Below, in pieces: positions 9,840 through 18,945 of a DNA stretch of 64,000 nt. A program made the position numbers and the translations under genes. The notes beneath the pieces were generated by a model. That model was not told where the DNA came from and searched no databases. It was given only the letters and a program-made list of their open reading frames with translations. Source of the stretch: an uncultured archaeon (lineage in GTDB: Archaea; Asgardarchaeota; Heimdallarchaeia; Heimdallarchaeales; Kariarchaeaceae); assembly GCA_964645535.1 (NCBI GenBank), contig CAZYCQ010000001.1, positions 99,017 through 163,016 on the forward strand, given 5' to 3'. Each line of letters opens with the position of its first letter. The stretch's first letter is position 1.

Positions 9840-11573
9840 TCAATAACTGTTGGTTCGGAATTCAGGAATCTTAAGTTGAGGGATTTTTGTCAGATCAATT
9901 TCAAAAGCGGAAATCGGAACAATTATTCCATTATGTTCCAAGATTTCAATTTTCAGCTCTCCAATGATTCCAACTGGATTTCCGTTCACCAAAACTGAAG
10001 CAGACCTTCCAGGAATAAGGTAATTGCTTTCAGTTTCCACCAAGTCATATTCTATTCCTGTTAACCTGAAGACTGCATCAAGTACCCTATGGGCAGTTTC
10101 AAAAGTTTCATCGGACCCCGCCAAGACAACGGCAGCCTTTGTAAGGGTGACAACATCTTCACCATCTCTGATAGCCACTTCACCTGTTTCAAACACGTGG
10201 TGAGGAAATGGAACTTCAGAATTCCTCTTTACAAAACGGATCAGGCCAGGAAGAAGATCGGGACGAAGGTATTCAAAGGTTGAGGTAACAGGATTTGTTA
10301 GACGGATGACATGCTTTCGCAGAAAATCATCATCCCTCAACACAGCATCGGTAATGGTTGCTCGATCAGTTAAATTGTAGTTCATCACTTCCTGCAATCC
10401 ACAGCCTACCAAAATTTCTCGGACAAGGTTTTCCTTTTGGGTGGAAACATGGAGCCCGCCTACTGTAAAGAGGTTGGCTGTTGATGGACCTATTTTATTG
10501 TAATCTGCTGCAATTGCAACCTCTTCAGAAATATCCACCCAATGCATGATGTCATGTCGCCAAGGGCCATACAAAACAACCAACTTGTCTTTGTTGGAAC
10601 CGTTCCTGACATCATGACGTCTTTTCTTAATCAATTTCTTGATTTGTGTTTTGGTAAAACTAGTTCCCAAGTACTTGTTGATTTCCTTCACATCAACCTC
10701 GATTTCACCAGGGTCTTGAGGGGGATAAATCATTTCGGTAAAATCGTAACCTTCAGGATAGTGAACCTTGACTTGACCCACTTCAGCACCTCGATCTGCA
10801 AGGTTTTGAGCCAGAAGGGAAATGACAACCTTGACAGCTTCATGGTTGGTACCAGTGACCTCGACGAGGATATCAGTGGTTTCTTCAGTCACTCTTCCCA
10901 CATCATTCGAGTTGATGATTGGAGGAAGAGAGAGAACTCCACCTTCTGCATCTACTAAAATTGGGACTTCATCAAAACCTGAAATGATGTGCCCATATTC
11001 AATTCCTTTAGGATGTTTTTCCAGGATTTCCTCTATTGTCATCTCGGTTTCAAAACCCAGAGGAACAAATTTGAATGATTTAGGAACGGTTTTGTATTGG
11101 ATGGGAGAGGTGATCATGTTGAGGTTATAGATGCCGATGGAAGTTCTTTTCCTTCTTCTTCCAAAGGAGAAGTCCACCTTATCTTGAACCTGTATCAGTT
11201 GCTTGATCAGGAAATCATTCAGCTTAAGTCCTTTAGCAACAACTGCCGCAACATATGGACGAATTGACTGAACACCTTTACTGACTTCAATGGAATACCC
11301 GGAGTCAGGGAATTTTAACTTTGGGAGTCCAGGTTTATCTAGCAGTCCACGAATTTCACGTGCCAATCCTTCAGCACTCCAAAGATCTGGACGGCTTGCA
11401 GTTTTGATGTCTATGGATATCTTGGTATGTCCGTTCTCATCTGGACCTTCAGGGTCTGAATCCACCTCTGCCTTTGCAAATGATACAAGGTCATCAAGTT
11501 CGGATGGAGACAGTGCCTGCTTCAGACCGAGAAGTCTTGAAAAATCTTCAATTGAGATATCGATTGTAACCAT
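9840..11573 (-). CDS. pheT: Phenylalanyl-tRNA synthetase beta subunit (archaeal/eukaryotic type)
   Basis: RPDLWSAEGLAR, VLSLPPIINS, RHDIMHWVDISEEVAIA, LRPDLLPGL. Confidence 0.96.
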   Translation of the reverse strand: MVTIDISIEDFSRLLGLKQALSPSELDDLVSFAKAEVDSDPEGPDENGHTKISIDIKTASRPDLWSAEGLAREIRGLLDKPGLPKLKFPDSGYSIEVSKGVQSIRPYVAAVVAKGLKLNDFLIKQLIQVQDKVDFSFGRRRKRTSIGIYNLNMITSPIQYKTVPKSFKFVPLGFETEMTIEEILEKHPKGIEYGHIISGFDEVPILVDAEGGVLSLPPIINSNDVGRVTEETTDILVEVTGTNHEAVKVVISLLAQNLADRGAEVGQVKVHYPEGYDFTEMIYPPQDPGEIEVDVKEINKYLGTSFTKTQIKKLIKKRRHDVRNGSNKDKLVVLYGPWRHDIMHWVDISEEVAIAADYNKIGPSTANLFTVGGLHVSTQKENLVREILVGCGLQEVMNYNLTDRATITDAVLRDDDFLRKHVIRLTNPVTSTFEYLRPDLLPGLIRFVKRNSEVPFPHHVFETGEVAIRDGEDVVTLTKAAVVLAGSDETFETAHRVLDAVFRLTGIEYDLVETESNYLIPGRSASVLVNGNPVGIIGELKIEILEHNGIIVPISAFEIDLTKIPQLKIPEFRTNSY

Positions 11574-11574
11574 T

Positions 11575-13074
11575 TCATTCCACCTCTATTCCAGAGCTGA
11601 CTTCTACATTCCGAAGCCAATTCAAGTCTTGCGAAAGTAATTCCCTGATGTCATTGATTTGGTTTTTGACCATGAACAACCTGTCAATTCCTAAACCCCA
11701 CGCAATAACAGGATAATCGACCCCATAAGGTCTAACTACTTCCGGACGGAAAATTCCAGCTCCACCGAACTCGATTCTTCCCAATACAGGATGTTTTGCG
11801 CTCAATTCAACCGAAGGGGAGGTGAAGGGATAATAATCCGGACGGAAATTCACTTCTGTGGCACCCGCGATGTCCTCTGCAAAAACCTTCAGAATGCCGA
11901 GCAGATCCCGGAAGGTGATTGTAGGATCGCAAACAATACCCTCCACCTGATAGAATTCCACGCCATGTGTTGCGTCTATGTCATCTGGACGGAAACATTT
12001 GGCAATTGAAAAGTATTTTTCCGGAGGATTGACTTTTCTTAAGGTTCGTGCAGAAATTGCGGTTCCTTGAGGTCGCAAAAGTAAACGTGCAGCCTTTTTT
12101 GGATCCCATCTGTATTTGTAACCTCTCGAACCGGTAATCCAACCATCTTCATGTGTTTGTTTTACATTGTCCACAAATGCCTCATTAGGAAGGTTACCAT
12201 GTGTAGGGGAATCGATTAGGAAGATATCCGAATCTTCACGGGCCGGATGGTCTTGAGGGGCAAAAAGAGAATCAAAATTCCAGAATTCCTGTTCAATGAG
12301 TGGCCCTTTCATCTCCTTGAAACCCAAGGCAATCAGTTTTTCCCTTAGGTGATCGTGGAAATGACGGTATGGATGGTATTTTCCTGGAAAAAGGGTTCGG
12401 GGTTTGCTTTTGATATTATAGGGTTTGAATTTTACCTTTTTCCATTTTCCGCTAATAATCATTTGAGGTGTGATCTGACTTACTTCCTCCTCCACTATTA
12501 TCTCATATCTGTCAACAGGGACTGCGTTGACCTCCACAATATTGCGGATCTGTCTTTCCACAAGACCTCGTGAATGAAGGGTTTGAGCAATGGCTGGATC
12601 AACCTCTTTACCCTCTGCCACAAGTGAAAGTCCTGTCTGTAAATCATTTGAGACATCATCCACGAATGTTCCATCAGTTAGGGAAACCGTACCTTTTTCG
12701 ATTTTAATCAGACCTGACTTTTTCAAAACGCCAATCCCTGCAGATAGATCGGGTTTGGAAAGTCCCAATGTTTTCCCAGCATCGGACATATGGAATGAAC
12801 CAACCTTGGCTAAATGATTTGCAATTCTTCTTTCCACGAGACCCTGTTCCAAAGCCTCTCTCCCCCTGTCTGTCAGGGACAATGTTTCTTTTTCAATGAC
12901 TTGCTTTTCTACGAGACCTTCTTTTGCGAGAAGCTCGACAAGAGAACTGACTTTACCCAATTCAAACCCAGTCTTCTCCGATAGCTGGTTCAGATTTGAG
13001 GTTCTTAGATTGAGAACCTCATCAAGTACTCGGGCTGCGTCAGGGGTTAATTTTACGCGCTGTTTTGACATCAT
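11575..13074 (-). CDS. pheS: Phenylalanyl-tRNA synthetase alpha subunit (archaeal/eukaryotic type)
   Basis: FWNFDSLFAPQDHPARE, FRPDDIDATHGVEFYQVEG, YYPFTSPSVE, AWGLGIDRL. Confidence 0.97.
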   Translation of the reverse strand: MMSKQRVKLTPDAARVLDEVLNLRTSNLNQLSEKTGFELGKVSSLVELLAKEGLVEKQVIEKETLSLTDRGREALEQGLVERRIANHLAKVGSFHMSDAGKTLGLSKPDLSAGIGVLKKSGLIKIEKGTVSLTDGTFVDDVSNDLQTGLSLVAEGKEVDPAIAQTLHSRGLVERQIRNIVEVNAVPVDRYEIIVEEEVSQITPQMIISGKWKKVKFKPYNIKSKPRTLFPGKYHPYRHFHDHLREKLIALGFKEMKGPLIEQEFWNFDSLFAPQDHPAREDSDIFLIDSPTHGNLPNEAFVDNVKQTHEDGWITGSRGYKYRWDPKKAARLLLRPQGTAISARTLRKVNPPEKYFSIAKCFRPDDIDATHGVEFYQVEGIVCDPTITFRDLLGILKVFAEDIAGATEVNFRPDYYPFTSPSVELSAKHPVLGRIEFGGAGIFRPEVVRPYGVDYPVIAWGLGIDRLFMVKNQINDIRELLSQDLNWLRNVEVSSGIEVE

Positions 13075-13196
13075 GTTTCACTCCAGTATTTGTACTCTGA
13101 CTCAATTTCGGTTGCTTGCGAATCTTTCTTTGATCGGATTTTATCTCAAAATAAATTCCAAGGCACCTAACCTCTTAATTGAATTTTTCTGAGTTG

Positions 13197-13796
13197 TTAC
13201 TTAAACTTTTGTGCTTTTTCTCTCTTTGTTTGCTGATTATGTTTTTCGATGAAATATTCGATCATGTGGTTAAAGGCTTTTTCAATATTTTCTCCTGTTT
13301 TAGCGGAGGTGTAATAAAATTTTATTGGATTCCCTGTCCGCAGGGAAAGTGCTTCAACTTTTTTCTCGATTTCTTCCTCTGAGACTGCCGCTTGTTTCTC
13401 ACCATTTTGGATAAGATCCACCTTGTTCCCCAAAACGATGATGGGAACTTTCATTTCATGGCTATAACTGATTTCATTGAGGAATTCTTCAAGAAAACCA
13501 TCAAGATCATCAAAGGATTTGCGGTCAGTAATATCAAAAACAATGAAAGCTCCATCTGATGCGCTGTAATATAATTTTCGTACATGATGAAAGGTTTCTT
13601 GACCGGCTATGTCCCATATCTGGAGAATAAATTCACCCAAAGGATGGTCGATACGTTTAACCGCAAAGTCAGCGCCAATAGTTAGGGAGTAATTATGTTG
13701 AAATTGTTCACCGAAGTAATTTCTTCTGATACTGGTCTTGCCAACCCGTTTCCTTCCTATGAGAATTACCTTGAATTGTTTTGGAATGTTCAACAC
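13197..13796 (-). CDS. Rab-like small GTPase (Ras superfamily)
   Basis: G1 GRKRVGKT, switch I TIGADF, G3 WDIAGQE, G4 NKVD, G5 SAKTG; no C-terminal Cys prenylation motif. Confidence 0.93.
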   Translation of the reverse strand: MLNIPKQFKVILIGRKRVGKTSIRRNYFGEQFQHNYSLTIGADFAVKRIDHPLGEFILQIWDIAGQETFHHVRKLYYSASDGAFIVFDITDRKSFDDLDGFLEEFLNEISYSHEMKVPIIVLGNKVDLIQNGEKQAAVSEEEIEKKVEALSLRTGNPIKFYYTSAKTGENIEKAFNHMIEYFIEKHNQQTKREKAQKFK

Positions 13797-14071
13797 GGAT
13801 TACTTGCTTTTTAAGTAAATAAGTATTCTCGTTTTTCAAGATGTTTGACGAGGGATTTAGACTTGAAACAAAAGCATCAGTTTTTTATTCATGTTGGAGG
13901 AACAGATTATTTTATTCTGCACAACAAAACTGTTTCAATTGGTTGACTCGACATTTCAGGGATGCAAGGGCTTACTAGATTTGATGAATCTTAATTATAG
14001 CCTATTCTTGTTTTTCGCTTTGCCAATCATTTATCAAAAAGTCCATTCATGGCCAATTTCGCAAACCAAGC

Positions 14072-14077
14072 TTAATA
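14072..14077 (+). promoter_or_regulatory. Putative TATA box of the 14101 RNA
   Basis: TTAATA located 24-29 nt upstream of G14101, preceded by A-rich CAAACCAAG. Confidence 0.5.
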
Positions 14078-14100
14078 TTCTAGTGATTGATTCAATATTT

Positions 14101-14176
14101 GCCGGTGAGGAGCGGGAGAATCTTCGGATTCGATGAGCAATTAATCGGGGAAACTTGAGGGTTTGCTCCTCCCGGT
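14101..14176 (+). ncRNA. Candidate structured small RNA, three-way junction, family unknown
   Basis: 5' and 3' ends pair over 15 bp (GCCGG-u-GAGGAGCGGG with UUUGCUCCUC-CCGGU); hairpin GAAUC-UUCG-GAUUC; hairpin UCGGG-GAAA-CUUGA; GC-rich island in AT-rich DNA followed by a T-rich tract. Confidence 0.65.
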
Positions 14177-14220
14177 TTAATTTAGCAAAAGGTTAAATTA
14201 ATTATTTCCAATGCGATTTC

Positions 14221-15018
14221 ATGCAAACAGTACTTATAACTGGCGCTTCAACAGGAATTGGTCATTCTACAGCCCTTTTCCTTGCTGAACGGGGGTTCTA
14301 TGTTTTCGCGGGGGCTAGAAAACAGGAGGATATCGATGCCCTCAATGCAATCGACAATATTGAAGGAATAAGATTGGATGTCACCTCCTCAACGGACATT
14401 GAGAAGGTTGTCGAAAGAATTAGTCAAGACGGATTATATGGCTTGGTAAACAATGCAGGAATTGCCATTGCTGGTCCATTAATGGAAATTGAAAAGGAAC
14501 AATTGGAATTGCAATTCAATGTCAATGTTTTTGGCCTTCATGAACTTACAAAAGCTTGTTTTCCACTTTTAAGAGATTCTGAAGGACGCATTGTCAATAT
14601 TAGTTCTGTGGCGGGACAGATTGCGCCGCCTTTCATGGGACCTTACTCAATGTCTAAATTTGCTTTGGAAGCATACTCTGATAGTTTAAGAAGGGAACTT
14701 GACCCATTTGGGATTAAGGTGTCAATCATAGAACCAGGAGATGTGAAAACCCCAATTTGGGACAAGAGATATATAGATCAGAAGAAAATTGATGCATCAC
14801 CCTTTGCATCCAGAGCCAGAAAAATGGAGCGATATCTTGTTTCTCGTGCAAAAAAGAGCGGGATGGATCCAATAAAAATCAGTAAAGCAATTCATCATGC
14901 ATTGACAAGTAAGAAACCAAAAATCAGATATTTGATCGCCAGAAGTAACCTGATGCATCGGTTGACAACCCTACTGCCAGCCAGCATGGTGGATCGATCA
15001 ATAAGAAAAAATCTTTGA
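14221..15018 (+). CDS. Short-chain dehydrogenase/reductase (17beta-HSD/RDH-like classical SDR)
   Basis: TGASTGIG, VNNAG, NISS, YSMSK, IEPG. Confidence 0.93.
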   Translation: MQTVLITGASTGIGHSTALFLAERGFYVFAGARKQEDIDALNAIDNIEGIRLDVTSSTDIEKVVERISQDGLYGLVNNAGIAIAGPLMEIEKEQLELQFNVNVFGLHELTKACFPLLRDSEGRIVNISSVAGQIAPPFMGPYSMSKFALEAYSDSLRRELDPFGIKVSIIEPGDVKTPIWDKRYIDQKKIDASPFASRARKMERYLVSRAKKSGMDPIKISKAIHHALTSKKPKIRYLIARSNLMHRLTTLLPASMVDRSIRKNL

Positions 15019-15066
15019 TATTTCCCAAGATGGAAGAGCCCACAAATTAAATATCAATACAAAGTT

Positions 15067-15738
15067 ATGGGGTTTTATTTTTTTTATAAGAAAATATTTA
15101 TTTTAAAATTTCCAAATCTATTTATGACTGGAGAAGTAATTGCAGGATTTCAAAAAGAAATTTTCTTTGGGGTACTGGCAGGGATAATTGCTTGTATATT
15201 GTTTTTGTTCCTTCATCAGTTTACGATTGTTGACATTTGGTTCTCTTCTCCATTCATGCTGATTATTTCTGCATTGGTGGGATTTGGGCTTACTAAGGCC
15301 TATTTTGCCTTGTTTGAAACATACAGGTTTATTACATGGTTTGGATTCATTACCTATTTTGTCCTAAGTTTAGGATTCATTTCATTATTATCGATGATAA
15401 TTTTTACTCCCGCCATATCAAGCGAGGATCTCTTAAGTACAAATGCAGGACCACCCAATTCATTAATTTTTAAAGGCCTTCCGCTTATAATTGGTTGGTT
15501 TTTGATTTCTACTTTGATATTAGTCTATTCAGTAACTCGAAGCTTTCAGCAATATCTATTCGTAGTTGCAGCCACATTTCTTCTTTTCTTGACACTTGGA
15601 CTCAATTTTGCCCTGTTAGGGTTTGTAGATGTCGCACCAAGGCATCAATTCCTAGTACAGAAATTTTTTGCGCTTAATGCATTTCTGGGATATACATTTC
15701 TTTTCGCTTTTGATTTGCTGGAACGTTTTGTGAAATGA
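15067..15738 (+). CDS. Hypothetical multi-pass membrane protein (start likely ATG 15124)
   Basis: About 6 hydrophobic segments. Confidence 0.6.
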   Translation: MGFYFFYKKIFILKFPNLFMTGEVIAGFQKEIFFGVLAGIIACILFLFLHQFTIVDIWFSSPFMLIISALVGFGLTKAYFALFETYRFITWFGFITYFVLSLGFISLLSMIIFTPAISSEDLLSTNAGPPNSLIFKGLPLIIGWFLISTLILVYSVTRSFQQYLFVVAATFLLFLTLGLNFALLGFVDVAPRHQFLVQKFFALNAFLGYTFLFAFDLLERFVK

Positions 15739-15761
15739 AGCCCCCAAACATTTTTTTTAAT

Positions 15762-17018
15762 TTAATGGGTTTTGGGTTTGATTCTCTGAGCATTGTGATT
15801 TTCGATGGAAATGAAGAATTTGGGCTCTCGTCCAATAGACACGAAAACCAACCCTAGCATTCCCACAATTGAAAAGGAAAAAATTCGAAATGAGACCTCC
15901 AATGTGAAACTGTTGTAAAGAAATCCGACATACATCGTTGACAAGGCTCGTCCCAATGAAACATAAACGCCTAGGACGCCGAGAGCAGACCCTCGTTGCG
16001 AGGTAGGCGCACGTGCAGCTGAACCCTTGTTGACAGAAGTATAACTGGCAATCATTGCTCCTAAAAAAATACATTGGATCATTAAAAGACCAAAAAAATC
16101 CGTAGTCAATGTAGTTAGAGTAATAGAGGCAGAAATCAAAATTAATCCCACGGTGACTACAGTTCTCAATGAAAATCGGTCAGATAGACTTCCCAGAAAT
16201 GGTTTAAAGAAAATAAGAATAAGTGTAGCGTAGAGTGAAATTAGACCGACATCACCTCTGGAATACCCATACGAAACAAAAAGAGATGGAAAAAAGGAAA
16301 TAAAGCCAAATGCTGCAAAAGAAATCAGAATTTGGAAAGAATACACTGGCAAAAGTTTTGGATAGGTGGTGAGCTGAGCAACTGTGCGAACAACCTTGGA
16401 AATTGAGTGGATAAAGAAAGAGAAGGGGTTCTCCACAGAAATTCGATCTTCAGGTGTCAAGGACTCGGGGAGCAGAATCATACCAAGAAAGGTAAATCCA
16501 AGTCCAATGAAACCGATCACCAAATAAAATTGGCTCAAATCCAAGGAAATGGTATCAAGAAAATAATCAGCAAGCAAAGAGCCTAAGATCACCCCTACAT
16601 CACCCATCTGGAAAATTCTACCATTCGAACGACCATAACTTCCAAGTGAAACGTCACCTATGAAGGAGAAGGTAGCGGGCCAAAAACAACTCATCCCAGT
16701 ACCAAACAAAAGAACACTTACAAGGGCATGTCGCCAATCAGTTGAGAATCCGAGAACAAATATCGAAACCGTGTATAAAGCAATACCAGTCACTATTATT
16801 GGTTTTCTCCCTATTGCTTGCGAGAGCTTCCCAAAAGGTACCCGAAAGGGAATTTGCATGAAATTGACCAAGGAGACCAAAATTGAAAGTATCAAAGCAG
16901 AAGTCATTAGATCTTCGTCTAAATAGATTACAAGATAAGTTCTGTATGCAAAAGCAAGAAAATTGCCGAATAGGGTTACTAGACCAAGTCTGAATATTGG
17001 GTCTCCAGAATGCACCAC
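15762..17018 (-). CDS. MFS transporter
   Basis: About 12 TM; motif A-like GKLSQAIGRKP and GSLSDRFSLR; P..QRGSALG. Confidence 0.9.
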   Translation of the reverse strand: MVHSGDPIFRLGLVTLFGNFLAFAYRTYLVIYLDEDLMTSALILSILVSLVNFMQIPFRVPFGKLSQAIGRKPIIVTGIALYTVSIFVLGFSTDWRHALVSVLLFGTGMSCFWPATFSFIGDVSLGSYGRSNGRIFQMGDVGVILGSLLADYFLDTISLDLSQFYLVIGFIGLGFTFLGMILLPESLTPEDRISVENPFSFFIHSISKVVRTVAQLTTYPKLLPVYSFQILISFAAFGFISFFPSLFVSYGYSRGDVGLISLYATLILIFFKPFLGSLSDRFSLRTVVTVGLILISASITLTTLTTDFFGLLMIQCIFLGAMIASYTSVNKGSAARAPTSQRGSALGVLGVYVSLGRALSTMYVGFLYNSFTLEVSFRIFSFSIVGMLGLVFVSIGREPKFFISIENHNAQRIKPKTH

Positions 17019-17071
17019 GGGTTAATGGAAAAACAATATCTTTTAACCATGAGGATTTCACCCACATTGAT

Positions 17072-17803
17072 TTACTCAAGCACCCAAACCAATGCCCCAC
17101 CCAACCTATCCCGAGGAGGAGATTCATCATATCCTCCATAAATTTCTACCAGATTCCAGCCCGTTTGGGAAGCAAGCTCTTTCAACAATGGCAAAGAAAT
17201 AGAGTAAAGAGAATGAACAGACTGCGAAACATATTTGCCATCCTTGAATACATTGAAATGAAGTTGGTGCGTGCTTTCGCCAATTGAAATAGGGATAATG
17301 AGCCTTTGGACAAGATATGCTTCTCCATCAATAGTGCAAGATCTCAAAGGAAGGTAAACAATTTCTGTTCCTAATTGAACTGTTTGTCCGATCAGCCTTC
17401 CGGATGGAATCAACTCCCTTAATTTTTCAAGACACTTTTTGACCCCAGATCGGCTTTCCATGTTTGCCAAAGTATTTGCCAGAATTATTCCTCCTTCAAA
17501 AGTACCTAAATCTTCTGAAGATTGATCCAATATGTTGCCATGAATTAGTGTAACCTGCTTTTCCGTGCCTTGAACATTCTCATTGGCTTTCAATATCATT
17601 TGCTGATTAATATCGACGCCGACAACATCAAACTCACATGCAAGAGCAGCAGTATGCCTTCCTGTGGAACATGCTACCTCTAAAACACGATTTGCGGGTT
17701 TGAGCCTAGAAATTAGAAAGGGCAATTCTCGTTCCAACCTTCTCTCCCAATCAATCATTGAATCGTAAACTTGAGCCATTGCATCAAATTCTTTGTCTTC
17801 CAT
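17072..17803 (-). CDS. Class I SAM-dependent methyltransferase
   Basis: YDSMIDW..RL.RE, VLEVACSTGRH, VVGVDIN..M. Confidence 0.85.
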   Translation of the reverse strand: MEDKEFDAMAQVYDSMIDWERRLERELPFLISRLKPANRVLEVACSTGRHTAALACEFDVVGVDINQQMILKANENVQGTEKQVTLIHGNILDQSSEDLGTFEGGIILANTLANMESRSGVKKCLEKLRELIPSGRLIGQTVQLGTEIVYLPLRSCTIDGEAYLVQRLIIPISIGESTHQLHFNVFKDGKYVSQSVHSLYSISLPLLKELASQTGWNLVEIYGGYDESPPRDRLGGALVWVLE

Positions 17804-17840
17804 GAGATTCGTTCTATTTTAGGTATAAATGTATGAGCAT

Positions 17841-18734
17841 TCAATTAACAATATTTTTCCTTTGAAATAGAGATGTGTCTTCCATGAAAAGCATGGACAG
17901 TGTCAAAATCAACTCAGGCATTTGACTAAGGAGCCGATGCTTCATTTCTTCAAAGGTGATGAGTACTGAATTCGGAAGATAAGAATGCAACTTTGCCGTA
18001 TCGTCATAAGGAATGACTTTGTCATCTTGACCTGCAAGAATCAATATGGGAGAATGGATTTGCTGCAATTTTTCCACATCAACAGAATACGAAGCAAGAG
18101 TTTCTTCTACAATCTTCTTCTGAATTTCCAAAGGTGCATTGATTAGACGATCGAAAAATTTTCGGTAATCATTCATCTCTTTTTCTGATGCAAAAAACTT
18201 GATTGATTGCTCAAACACCTTTGCTGTAAGTTTGATAAGCTTCTTAGGTGAAACACGGGCTAAACTTTTCAACCAAAGCGGAATTGAAAATTTGGTGGTG
18301 GGGGAGATGAGAACCATTTTTTCCACAAATTGGGGATATTTCTGTGCATAAGTCAATGCAACAGCAGCCGATAAGGAACTCGCAATGAAGCTTGCTCGAT
18401 AATTTTTACCCAAAAATTGGGAGAGAACACAATGAATATCCGCAGCCAATTCATGGATTGACCAAGAACGATCAAGTGGCGAATCTGAATCACCATGACC
18501 TCGCAAGTCGAATGCAAACAGATTATATCGATCTTGATATTTCTGTAATGCGAAATTGAAGTCTTCACTAGATCCAAACCAGCCATGCAGAAAAACAATA
18601 TTGGGGCGGTCTGGATAAACCTCCGTCCGCTTCAGGGAGAGAAGAAAGAAACTGTTGGAATCCACAGGTTCAGCAATTGAACATTCAAATCCTGAACCAT
18701 GGTAAACTGGAACAAAGCTTTCGATAACTGACAT
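17841..18734 (-). CDS. Alpha/beta hydrolase fold protein with atypical nucleophile elbow
   Basis: FLHGW, FDLRGHGDS, elbow ASSLS, GQDDKVIP, EMKH. Confidence 0.85.
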   Translation of the reverse strand: MSVIESFVPVYHGSGFECSIAEPVDSNSFFLLSLKRTEVYPDRPNIVFLHGWFGSSEDFNFALQKYQDRYNLFAFDLRGHGDSDSPLDRSWSIHELAADIHCVLSQFLGKNYRASFIASSLSAAVALTYAQKYPQFVEKMVLISPTTKFSIPLWLKSLARVSPKKLIKLTAKVFEQSIKFFASEKEMNDYRKFFDRLINAPLEIQKKIVEETLASYSVDVEKLQQIHSPILILAGQDDKVIPYDDTAKLHSYLPNSVLITFEEMKHRLLSQMPELILTLSMLFMEDTSLFQRKNIVN

Positions 18735-18945
18735 ATAGATGACCTCGATGCATTTGTGCGTCGATATAGATGCAATATTCCCCTTGGATGATGGGTACCA
18801 AGGGGTTTTGCTTACCTTATACTAGTGTCGATACGCGAATATAAATGCTGTGTAATAAAATCAAAGAAGTAATGGACAGAATTTTTTGCAAATGGAGATG
18901 ATGGAGAGTTTTTTAACATTCAATGAGACAAATGCATTGTAATAC

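Noticed and set aside
13891-14136. 81-aa ORF in the Rab/SDR gap
   Set aside because: No recognisable motif, and it runs through the promoter and 5' half of the structured RNA; probably spurious.
14101-14176. Reading the 76-nt RNA as a tRNA, hammerhead ribozyme, SECIS or glycine riboswitch
   Set aside because: No cloverleaf or T-arm; the CUGAUGA/CGAAA hammerhead core is broken; there is no helix II after AUGA for a SECIS; the CCGAAG and CUCUCAGG glycine-binding core is missing.
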